A stretch of DNA of 64,000 bases from an uncultured Clostridia bacterium (lineage in GTDB: Bacteria > Bacillota > Clostridia > Christensenellales > UBA1242). A program made the position numbers and the translations under genes. The stretch covers positions 188,663 through 252,662 of the forward strand of contig CAKVHF010000001.1 of assembly GCA_934748015.1 (NCBI GenBank), in the 5' to 3' direction. Shown here piece by piece: positions 20,001-27,816 of the stretch. Position 1 is the first letter of the stretch, and the number at the start of each line of letters is the position of its first letter. A model generated the notes under the pieces. The model was given only the letters and a program-made list of their open reading frames with translations. It was not told the DNA's origin and ran no database searches.

Positions 20001-21115
20001 CTGACGGCACAATAAATAATCTTGAACTTGCAAGAAATATTGCAGATAACGAATATAACTTTGCGATAAATAATGCTTATGTGCAGGCTATATTAGTTGA
20101 ACTAAACAATACACAATATTCGCACACTATTAATTGTATAGATGACTTAGAGTGGGATGTTAAAGATCAGAGTATGTCGCAAAATCTTGTGTTAAAAGTA
20201 TATGATGGCAACAATGCTTGTGTAGAGATGAGAACAATTGCATTGACCTACAATTTTGCGTACTCCAAGAGTAAAATAAGAAACGACTATAACTACATCA
20301 CTACAACAACTGGCGTTGTAAGTAATAGTGTTGCATATCAAGGTGTTGATTGCACTATAGAGGGAGAGGTTGAGTATACATTGTCCGAGAGTGGATTATA
20401 TAGCCTAGATATGTCATTGACTGACGGGGAGTATATTATTCATGATAGCGTAGTTGTTAATTATGTATGTGATATATCCGAGTATATCTCTTATCAAGAC
20501 ACAGTAGATGTAAGGGTTAGATATTTTAGCGATTTTTCGATTTATTGTGCGTGTGCAGATGATTGTGTAATAACAATAAAAAATAGCGATATGTTTGGTG
20601 ATCACAGTAGAGTTGCTAATTACTTGATATGTGACATTTGCGGATTTGATTTTGCATCCGATATCACAGAGGATAATGTTGAAGATTATCTGGCAGGTGA
20701 CAGCGTCCAATACTCTGGTGATTGGACAATAACTGGTTGTAGATTGATAGAAGCAGACTGCAAATATTTACACCTACAACTAACCAACAGTAACACTGGT
20801 GAGGTGGAGTATGTAGTACTATATTTGGGTGAGACAAGCACTTATACAGAGATGTTGTCATCATTTGTTTCTTATAATGGCGACAGTTATTATCTGACTA
20901 AATCGTCAGATGGCGTATACAATTATATTTCTTGGGCTAGTGGCAAAATATTAAAACTTAACGATATAACAACCAACATAGATATTGTTAATGTTGCCAA
21001 TTCTGATTACACTACACAATCTAGCCGTGTTGTCAATGTTGGAGGAGCAGTTGCAGTAGAGATAACTGTGTGCAAAAATTCTAAAACTTGCAATATTTTT
21101 ATATTAGTCGATTAG
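17051..21115 (+). CDS. Very large putative surface lipoprotein (1354 aa) with MBG-like repeats
   Basis: ATG 17051 sits 10 nt after GGAG. Signal peptide MRSIAKNLLYIVGIVCLLFLCSYAFVAC ends in a lipobox-like FVAC. Repeated about 90-aa modules resemble MBG (YGX-type) adhesin repeats (VYDGTAKSV, GEYTITFACADRNYSW..., GTYRATAHYVYD, TYNGKYQ). Confidence 0.7.
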   Translation: MRSIAKNLLYIVGIVCLLFLCSYAFVACGDVNISSLTIDIDDSSYTYDADSKTIKFAYGELDNKLETLLASITVTAHYDDDSEVAIIEGDDYKFSTDIVKPSTGNIAPGSYYIQYTCGGKRVKINIVVASTIVSVPQLSLDTINVDEGGVINLEYNKDGYDLLDLGIFDNISDKITIGGDTFATEVGEYTITFACADRNYSWSDGTKGTVAKTVTWKIVPKAVLVPQFTTLFYEYNHDDNYNGIANSLIVPSAFDNDVLTISGDLNATDVGVYNAVISLKDSHNYVFADGAMTNIRWYITKRTLAVPTLTSNHVSYCSYVEPLAQSPYINLDSNYIEEIMNFNTGITDTEGLIGKHTATIEIDSNYRNNFQFEDNVYVKTIDWYLDKGSYVDINGNSLWTLPQDYVIATDNNGKDIEFGAVLGDIIDTVKLCNAWKDVSKQNLVGEYIFDSNAKLSYSSDLGNASGSRIINVNITFRHGSGYYNDAIVSVPVFVHNITIDITPAWITSASMVYDGTAKSVTDSVECDKISSIEYSYAYCDVATGEYTPIDASEIIDAGTYRATAHYVYDKNQYRLCIGDEYSDYSTYNFVISKQVVDVDDADIISVANNNTTYNGKYQACSISLNPKYSQDFDITIKYYAFDNLITSTLSNPSGLPKDVLLDIDGNVVSYSVIVEIDASKSNNYVLLSNNKILVNGGFTISKAVVVFDDFITLPEIIIYQLQNTDNLTVPRCDFRGVNEEIVTDAEFEIVSIDNIARDDDSVEVIFNIVSNNYEGLIGVMAEVRPLTTSITYNNTKISFQDLCDMEEIAVGDELLVTTSQGLKLYLDGVETDTICLDTANTDVTLTIAIDEENVIFTKTLHVFNRNIIPSIIITDGERSMSCNIHAMYENELDNAVVYRYDYLSRSVTITFDGNIAEKYQLYLSIDNSDNILLEDGKITIADVRLCDHIEVTYTQDCKTMSALMLYFEEITAINIVSATYKNLTDGTINNLELARNIADNEYNFAINNAYVQAILVELNNTQYSHTINCIDDLEWDVKDQSMSQNLVLKVYDGNNACVEMRTIALTYNFAYSKSKIRNDYNYITTTTGVVSNSVAYQGVDCTIEGEVEYTLSESGLYSLDMSLTDGEYIIHDSVVVNYVCDISEYISYQDTVDVRVRYFSDFSIYCACADDCVITIKNSDMFGDHSRVANYLICDICGFDFASDITEDNVEDYLAGDSVQYSGDWTITGCRLIEADCKYLHLQLTNSNTGEVEYVVLYLGETSTYTEMLSSFVSYNGDSYYLTKSSDGVYNYISWASGKILKLNDITTNIDIVNVANSDYTTQSSRVVNVGGAVAVEITVCKNSKTCNIFILVD

Positions 21116-21177
21116 TTTTTTGTTTTGTGGTTATATATGATACAATGATAGTATCATAATAATATAGGAGAGATAAT

Positions 21178-22188
21178 ATGCAGAATAAGAAACGCAATAT
21201 AACACTTATAGTAGTTGGTAGTATTATTTTGGTTATAACTTTGTTTTGTCTTATCTATTTCTGTTCACCATGGAACAAAGATTTCTTTAACAAAGCAACC
21301 AAAGAATTTGATATCCCGGGACTAGATACTAAGTTTTGTCCACAAGGAATGACATATCTAGATAACTCGGATGAGTATATTGTTGGGGGATATATGACCG
21401 ACAATACACCATCTAGATACTATGTAGTAGATCCTGATGGCGAAGTAAAATATTTTACACTAACAATCAATGGTGAGGACTTTGTAGGACATTCTGGTGG
21501 TATCACCAGCTATCAAGATAGCATCTGGATAGTGTCTAAAGATAGTGAGATAGGTTATTGCTATCACATATATGTAAGTGATGTTATTGCTGTTGCTAAT
21601 GGTGGCAAAGTGGCTGTAACTGGCAAATTTGATACTCACAACGGAGCAGATTTCGTATTTAACGACAATGGAACTCTTTGGGTAGGAGAGTTCTACAAGA
21701 AAGGTAAATATGACACCGAAGGAAGCCATTTCATTACGACATCTAGTGGCGAGGTTAATCCTGCTATTGCATTTGGCTACACTATTGACTCTTCAACCGA
21801 TATTGGAGTAAAAGATAATACTCCAGTTATGGCATTGTCTATCAGAGGCCTGTGCCAAGGTATTGCTGTGACAGAAGATGGCAAATTTATACTTAGTACA
21901 TCTTACGGCTTGGCTGATAGCAATCTATATATGTACGATAATGTTCTAGCTAAGTCAATCACTGAAACAATCAAGGTTGGCGACACCAATGTCCCACTTG
22001 CAATATTGGATGATAGTGTACTATTATCCACAGTCAATGCACCAGCAATGTCAGAGGAGATTGTTGTCAAGGATGGTAAATTGTATGTGCTATTTGAGTC
22101 CGCTTGCAATAAATATAAGTTATTTAATCGTGTAAGAGTGAGAAATGTATATAGTTTGCCTCTTAGTGCTTTTGACGCTAATAAATAA
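21178..22188 (+). CDS. Hypothetical membrane-anchored extracytoplasmic protein (336 aa)
   Basis: RBS AGGAGAG. N-terminal TM helix (ITLIVVGSIILVITLFCLIYF). The remainder appears beta-rich. No motif recognised. Confidence 0.5.
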   Translation: MQNKKRNITLIVVGSIILVITLFCLIYFCSPWNKDFFNKATKEFDIPGLDTKFCPQGMTYLDNSDEYIVGGYMTDNTPSRYYVVDPDGEVKYFTLTINGEDFVGHSGGITSYQDSIWIVSKDSEIGYCYHIYVSDVIAVANGGKVAVTGKFDTHNGADFVFNDNGTLWVGEFYKKGKYDTEGSHFITTSSGEVNPAIAFGYTIDSSTDIGVKDNTPVMALSIRGLCQGIAVTEDGKFILSTSYGLADSNLYMYDNVLAKSITETIKVGDTNVPLAILDDSVLLSTVNAPAMSEEIVVKDGKLYVLFESACNKYKLFNRVRVRNVYSLPLSAFDANK

Positions 22189-22223
22189 ACTAACACTAGT
22201 GCGATTTTATATTTTTAGAACAC

Positions 22224-22259
22224 AATAAGACAGAGTTTTGATGCTTTGTCTTATTTTTT
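22224..22259 (+). terminator. Intrinsic terminator
   Basis: AATAAGACA pairs with TGTCTTATT, followed by a T-run. Confidence 0.7.
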
Positions 22260-22291
22260 ATGTTTTTTTGCAAAAATATTTCAAATAATTA

Positions 22292-22320
22292 TTGACAAGA
22301 AGAGGAGTATAGGTTACAAT
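22292..22320 (+). promoter_or_regulatory. Sigma-A type promoter of the rrf2-nifS-nifU operon
   Basis: TTGACA (22292-22297), 17-nt spacer, TACAAT (22315-22320). Confidence 0.7.
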
Positions 22321-22357
22321 AAATTCAGACTAAAAAGGTAGGGTTTTAGAAAATCAA

Positions 22358-22759
22358 ATGAAATTATCAACTAAAGGTAGGTATGGACTAAGGGTTATGT
22401 ACTATCTAGGCACAGATCCGGGACACGTATATGTCTTAAGTGAATTAGCTAAGATGACAGAGGTATCTGCACCATATCTAGAGAAGATATTGGGGATACT
22501 ACGCAAGGCAAAATTGGTCAAAACAGAGCGAGGGGCAAATGGCGGATATTTAGTGGCTAGAGACCCCAAAGAGATATCAATAGGGCAGATTTTGCGATCA
22601 CTGGAAGGCAATCTATATTTAGCCGATTGCAACAGAACTGATTGCACCAAAGCATGTTGCCCAAACCGTGACATACTTAATTATGTATATAGAGAGATTA
22701 ACAATGTTTTGGATAACAAGACATTGCATGATATGATAACAGGAGACAATTATGAGTGA
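22358..22759 (+). CDS. Rrf2-family transcriptional regulator (IscR/CymR-like)
   Basis: [17 protein letters not shown]... wHTH region and a Cys cluster ([11 protein letters not shown]) compatible with Fe-S ligation. Lies upstream of nifS-nifU. Confidence 0.9.
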   Translation: MKLSTKGRYGLRVMYYLGTDPGHVYVLSELAKMTEVSAPYLEKILGILRKAKLVKTERGANGGYLVARDPKEISIGQILRSLEGNLYLADCNRTDCTKACCPNRDILNYVYREINNVLDNKTLHDMITGDNYE

Positions 22760-23933
22760 TAAGAGAGTATATTTAGACAATGCAGCAACAACCGAAGTAT
22801 ATGGTGAGGTTTTGAATGAAATGTTGCCATATTTTACCAAAATATATGGCAATGCCAATAGTTTGCATACCTTTGGCAGAGAGGCAAGTGCAGGAGTAGA
22901 CAAGGCGAGAGATATTATTGCTAAGTCAATCAACGCCAATCGTGATGAGATATATTTTACATCAGGTGGCACAGAGGCTAACAACTGGGCACTTAGAGGA
23001 ATTGCTTACGCCAATGCTAAGAAGGGTAAGCATATTATAGTTTCTTCCATAGAGCATCATAGCATTATTGATACTGCTAAGGATCTAGAGAAGGAAGGCT
23101 TTGAGGTAACATATCTTCCAGTTGATGAGACAGGTATGGTGTCTTTGGTAGACGTTATGCAAGCAATCAGACCAGATACAATCTTAGTGTCTGTCATGAG
23201 TGTTAATAACGAAGTCGGCACTATCCAAAATATTAAGGCAATAGGTGAGACAGTGCATCACTTTGGAGCATTGTTCCACACCGATGCAGTGCAAGCAATG
23301 AGTGTTATTGACTTTGATGTTAAGGATATGTATATTGACCTACTTAGTATGTCGTCACATAAGATCCATGGGCCAAAGGGTGTAGGTGCACTATATGTCC
23401 GTAAGGGTGTTGCTATCAAGAAGTTCATGCTAGGTGGCGAGCAAGAAATGAACAAGCGTGGCGGAACAACTAATGTTCCTGCTGTTGTTGGTTTTGGTAA
23501 AGCGATGGAACTAAATATCAAGAATATGAAAGAGTCCAACAAGATAATTAGCCAAACAGTTGATTACTTCTTGAAGAAATTGACATTTACTATCCCAGAT
23601 ATTAGCATCAATGGCAATATGGCTCAGAAGGCTCCAGGAATTGTCAATGTTAGCTTTAATTACATTGAGGGTGAAAGTATCCTAATGTTGCTAGATTTCG
23701 AGGGGATTGCTGTATCAACAGGATCGGCATGTGCATCGGGTAGTTTGCAGAAGAGCCATGTGCTTAAGGCTATGGGCAAGTCTCACGAAGATATCAATGG
23801 AGCTATTAGATTTTCTTTTGGAGTAGATATAACCAAAGACGATGTGGACTATGTTATAGATAAGCTTAGCGAGATTGTTGCTAGACTTAGATCTATGAGT
23901 CCGCTTAAGAAGAAAAGAACTAGAAAGAATTAA
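22752..23933 (+). CDS. nifS: Cysteine desulfurase (NifS/IscS, class V aminotransferase)
   Basis: YLDNAATT N-terminus, PLP-lysine motif [10 protein letters not shown], active-site loop SSGSACAS-like ([10 protein letters not shown]). Confidence 0.93.
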   Translation: MSDKRVYLDNAATTEVYGEVLNEMLPYFTKIYGNANSLHTFGREASAGVDKARDIIAKSINANRDEIYFTSGGTEANNWALRGIAYANAKKGKHIIVSSIEHHSIIDTAKDLEKEGFEVTYLPVDETGMVSLVDVMQAIRPDTILVSVMSVNNEVGTIQNIKAIGETVHHFGALFHTDAVQAMSVIDFDVKDMYIDLLSMSSHKIHGPKGVGALYVRKGVAIKKFMLGGEQEMNKRGGTTNVPAVVGFGKAMELNIKNMKESNKIISQTVDYFLKKLTFTIPDISINGNMAQKAPGIVNVSFNYIEGESILMLLDFEGIAVSTGSACASGSLQKSHVLKAMGKSHEDINGAIRFSFGVDITKDDVDYVIDKLSEIVARLRSMSPLKKKRTRKN

Positions 23934-23949
23934 TTAACAAGGAGATAAT

Positions 23950-24324
23950 ATGTATAACGACAAAGTGTTGGATTTGTTCAAAAATCCTAAGAATGTTGGT
24001 GCAATGCCAGATGCAAACGCAATAGGCAAAGTTGGCAATGCTGCTTGTGGAGATATAATGCAAATATTCCTAAAAATAAACAAAAAAGGGATAATCGAGG
24101 ATGCAAGTTTTCAGACTTTTGGCTGTGCAGCAGCAATAGTATCATCCAGTGTTGCTTGTGATCTAATCAAGGGCAAAACTATTGAAGAAGCACTTAAGAT
24201 AGAGAACCAGGAAATAATAGATATCCTAGGTGGACTTCCTCAACACAAGATCCACTGTTCAGTGCTTGCCAAAGAAGCAATCGAAGACGCAATCAACAAT
24301 TATAACAAATCTAAGAATAAATAA
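23950..24324 (+). CDS. nifU: Fe-S cluster assembly scaffold NifU/IscU
   Basis: Three conserved Cys contexts (GNAACGD, FGCAAAI, HCSVLA); N-terminus YNDKVLDLFKNPKN. Confidence 0.93.
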   Translation: MYNDKVLDLFKNPKNVGAMPDANAIGKVGNAACGDIMQIFLKINKKGIIEDASFQTFGCAAAIVSSSVACDLIKGKTIEEALKIENQEIIDILGGLPQHKIHCSVLAKEAIEDAINNYNKSKNK

Positions 24325-24447
24325 TTTTAACCCAAAGTAAGTATGTGCAATAGATTGGCATATACTTTTTTGTTTATAGGTCATAATTATGCAATGTATA
24401 TTTTTTTAGATTTTACCCAATACTATTATTGTTGGAGGTACTATAGC

Positions 24448-24585
24448 ATGAAAGAATGTATATTCGGAATGGCTGTTGGTGTACTTGCAGGTGCTCTTTT
24501 GGTCAACTGTAGCCCAAAGGCGAGAGAAATGGTGGACAAAGGCACTAATTTTGTCAAGGACAAAGTCAAAAAAATGGCAAAATAG
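24448..24585 (+). CDS. Small hypothetical membrane protein (45 aa)
   Basis: ATG 24448 follows GGAGG. One TM helix (IFGMAVGVLAGALLV) plus a Lys-rich tail. Function unknown. Confidence 0.35.
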   Translation: MKECIFGMAVGVLAGALLVNCSPKAREMVDKGTNFVKDKVKKMAK

Positions 24586-24632
24586 TTTTAAGTACATAGT
24601 GGATATTTTCCACATCCAACAATTTTTTCTAA

Positions 24633-24669
24633 TATGTCGCAAAAGCATTATTTTGTGGCATATTTTTTT
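24633..24669 (+). terminator. Intrinsic terminator; copy 1 of a 37-nt identical direct repeat flanking the phase-variable paralog
   Basis: tATGTCGCAAAA-GCATTA-TTTTGTGGCAT + T7 (stem includes G-U pairs). Identical to 25950-25986. Confidence 0.75.
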
Positions 24670-24800
24670 ATTTTGCTACGCAATTTGTTGGACAAATTGT
24701 ATGACAATGATATATTATTGTATTAGATTGAATTGCGGATATTTTGTTGCAATATAGTATTAGTATTGCACAAATTGCCTTAAAAAAAAGGAGTGAAAAG

Positions 24801-25941
24801 ATGAATACAACAAGAAAAATGTCTTTAGCCTTGGTGCTATTGTGCGTGACACTGGCTATTACTGTGATGACATTAGGATTGGTATTGGTTTCTGGAACTC
24901 AAGATGTAATAACCGACCTAGATATTCATTATGCGGGGGGGGGGTGTCACTTTTGAAGTAGGTGATGACTGCATTAACAAGAGTGACTTTGCAACCATCA
25001 AAGTTGACAAGGTTACTAAGACTGCTGTCGTACAACAACCAGCCAATCCCAATCAGTTAGGCAAAACATTTGAGGGCTGGTACACAGATAGTAGTATAAC
25101 TCAGAAGGTAGATAAGTTCCCTGTAACTCTATCTAAGGGTGATGTGCTATATGCCAATTATTATGATGCATCCACATGGCTGACATTGTCTTGGAATGCT
25201 ACAACTAGTTCATACTCTGTCGAAAGGAGTAGCTCGTCTTCTGCAACAGAGGCAATAATTCCAGATATATATGACGATGGGACACATGGGGTTGCAGTGG
25301 TTGATACTATAGGATCATATTCGTTGACTGATGTAACAACTTTGACCAATATTTATTTGTCTAACAACATCACAACAATTAGCGAGAGGGCTTTTTCCGC
25401 TTGTGCTAATGTAACTGCAATTAATGTTCCGGAAAATGTTGCTACAATCGGTGCATATTGGCTACAAAATATGAAAAAGCTAAAAACCATAAATTGGAAT
25501 GCAATAAATGCGGAGTACACTGCAGAATTTTCGCAAACATATAGTGTTGGTTCGCAATACGGAATTGACTTTGTTGTTGGTTACAAAGTGCAGAGTATTC
25601 CTAGATATTTGTTCAATCCACAATCTTCAAAATCTTATGTTAAATCTATTGATATGACCAATGCTACATCGCTAAAGGAAATTGGATCTTGGGCTTTTGG
25701 TGGTTGTTATAAGATAACATCTCTTACAATTCCTGCCAGTGTAGAATTGATTGGAGCATATGCTTTTACCGAATGTACTGGTTTATCCAGTATAACATTT
25801 GAAGTATCAGATAACTGGTATAGATTTTCATCCGAGACAGCAACCACTGGTGGAACTGCGTTGTCTTTAGGCTCTGCTTATACTGATGCTAAATGGATAA
25901 GAGATACTTATGCACAATATTGGTGGAGAAGAATTTCATAA
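24801..25941 (+). pseudogene. Surface protein paralog 3, split by a G10 tract (currently frameshifted; candidate phase-variable gene)
   Basis: ATG 24801 follows AAGGAG and encodes the signal anchor MNTTRKMSLALVLLCVTLAITVMTLGLVLV. This frame ends at TGA 24954-24956, just after G10 (24935-24944). The -1 register continues as VTFEVGDD...FEGWYTD...LRR units...YAQYWWRRIS through 25941. G9 or G12 would fuse both parts. Confidence 0.75.
24935..24944 (+). repeat. Homopolymeric G10 tract inside the paralog 3 coding sequence
   Basis: Counted directly: cattatgc-GGGGGGGGGG-tgtcac. Confidence 0.95.
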
Positions 25942-25949
25942 ATAATTTT

Positions 25950-25986
25950 TATGTCGCAAAAGCATTATTTTGTGGCATATTTTTTT
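25950..25986 (+). terminator. Intrinsic terminator; copy 2 of the 37-nt identical direct repeat
   Basis: Identical to 24633-24669; followed by T8. Confidence 0.75.
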
Positions 25987-26110
25987 TCGACTGTATCTAG
26001 CAATAATTGTTATTGTTAGACTTTTTTCTTGTATGGATATATGTTGGGGCGGATATATAATGATAACTAACAATATAACATTGTATAAATATCATTGGGA
26101 GGGTTGTAGA

Positions 26111-26953
26111 TTGGATGTATATATCGAATATGTAATTATAGATAACTTGATCATCAACTATATTTTACTTACTCTTGCTAACAGACTATGCAATGCTAGT
26201 GTTAGTAAAAAACGGCTTATTGTAGCCGATATTGTTGGAACGACCGCTGTTGTATTTATGCCATGGATAGGCAATATCTCTTATCTATTACTGCTTTATC
26301 GCTTTGGTGTCGCAATACTAGTGTGTCTAGTCTTAAAGCGGTGGGACTTTGCTAAATACATATCGTTTTTGCTCACTTTTGTAACTATTACTTTTCTATT
26401 TGGTGGATTTCTGATAGCAACTCTATCTATCTTTGATATTGTATACACCACTAGCGGTCTACTATTTCTTAATTTCGAGATACCACTTAGTCTATTTGTC
26501 GTTCCTATATGGATTTATTCGGTGTTAGTTAACAAAATTTATCACTTTGTTATTAGTAAGATCGGATATAGCAAATTAACTTACAATGCGACTATATATA
26601 CCGCTAGTGGACATTATAATCTTACTGCTTTTCTTGATACTGGCAACGAACTGACTGATAGCGATGGATCGCCAGTGCTGGTGATGGAACTTAAGACATT
26701 TTGCAAGGTGTTCAAGGACTTTCCTTTGCAAAAATTGCTAATGAATGGTGTAGATGACAATCTGCTTGAGGGAGCACATTATATCAATGTAGATACTGTC
26801 AATAGCAAAGAAAAAATGCTTGTTTTTAGAGTAGAAAAACTTGTTTTGCATAATACCGCAGGTGACAGTAGTTATAACAATGTAATGGTGGGGCTATCTA
26901 GACGAAATTTCAATGATTATAATCTAATATTGCACAAAAATCTTTGTGGATAA
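26111..26953 (+). CDS. spoIIGA: Sigma-E processing aspartic peptidase SpoIIGA
   Basis: TTG 26111 sits 8 nt after GGGAGGG and gives the typical N-terminus (L)DVYIEYVIIDNLIINYILL. Five TM helices. Catalytic motif FLDTGNELTD. Directly upstream of sigE. Alternative ATG starts at 25970 and 26060. Confidence 0.8.
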   Translation: MDVYIEYVIIDNLIINYILLTLANRLCNASVSKKRLIVADIVGTTAVVFMPWIGNISYLLLLYRFGVAILVCLVLKRWDFAKYISFLLTFVTITFLFGGFLIATLSIFDIVYTTSGLLFLNFEIPLSLFVVPIWIYSVLVNKIYHFVISKIGYSKLTYNATIYTASGHYNLTAFLDTGNELTDSDGSPVLVMELKTFCKVFKDFPLQKLLMNGVDDNLLEGAHYINVDTVNSKEKMLVFRVEKLVLHNTAGDSSYNNVMVGLSRRNFNDYNLILHKNLCG

Positions 26954-26969
26954 GAAAGGAGAATATGAA

Positions 26970-27686
26970 ATGTTTAAATTATTAAAAAAATTAATCGCAT
27001 GGCTTAAAAATGACGATCTTGTTACGGCAAAAAATATTTTACATTATTTTACTAATGGTGAGGCATTGCCAACGACTTTGACTGAGGAAGAGGAGAAGGA
27101 TCTAATCGATAAAATGATGGCAGGGGATGTGAATGCAAAAAACACATTGATAGAAAGAAATATAAGGCTGGTTATATATATTGCTAAGAAATTTGAAAAC
27201 AACAACTTGGAAATGGAAGATATAATAAGCATCGGCAGTATTGGGCTTATCAAGGCAATCAATTCGTTCAAGGGTGACAAGAATATTAAGATTGCTACAT
27301 ATGCCTCTAAGTGTATTGAGAACGAAATACTAATGTACTTACGCAAAACCAGTAGACAGAAGCAAGAAATAAGCATAGATGATCCTATTAATATCGATAG
27401 CGAAGGCAATGAGCTAGCATTTGTTGATCTTGTAACTAGCGAAGAGAATACTCCGCATTTCGAAATGGAAAAAATAACTGAAAAGCAGATATTGTGGCAA
27501 ATTTTAGATAGGCTAAATGCACGAGAGAAGGAGATAATGATACTTAGATTTGGACTACTAGGTCAGGACGAAAAAACGCAAAAAGAAGTGGCTGACGATC
27601 TTGGCATAAGCCAGAGTTATATTAGTAGACTGGAGAAAAAAATTGTGTCAAGGATAAAAAAGGAGATAATAAAGGTAGCAAATTAA
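26970..27686 (+). CDS. sigE: Sporulation sigma factor SigE (pro-sigma-E)
   Basis: Pro-sequence followed by YFTNGEALPTTLTEEEE. Region 2 (RNIRLVIYIAKKF...IGLIKAINSF...ATYASKCIENEILMYLRK). Region 4 (LGISQSYISRLEKK). Adjacent to spoIIGA. Confidence 0.9.
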   Translation: MFKLLKKLIAWLKNDDLVTAKNILHYFTNGEALPTTLTEEEEKDLIDKMMAGDVNAKNTLIERNIRLVIYIAKKFENNNLEMEDIISIGSIGLIKAINSFKGDKNIKIATYASKCIENEILMYLRKTSRQKQEISIDDPINIDSEGNELAFVDLVTSEENTPHFEMEKITEKQILWQILDRLNAREKEIMILRFGLLGQDEKTQKEVADDLGISQSYISRLEKKIVSRIKKEIIKVAN

Positions 27687-27816
27687 AAATTTTTGAAAAA
27701 ATTTACATTATTAAACAATATATTTTTAATAATTTAATTTCTGTGCTATACTTTATCTAAATAGATGTGCAATATATTAGAGTTTTTGCATCAATAACAA
27801 CAAGATTGAGGTAAGT

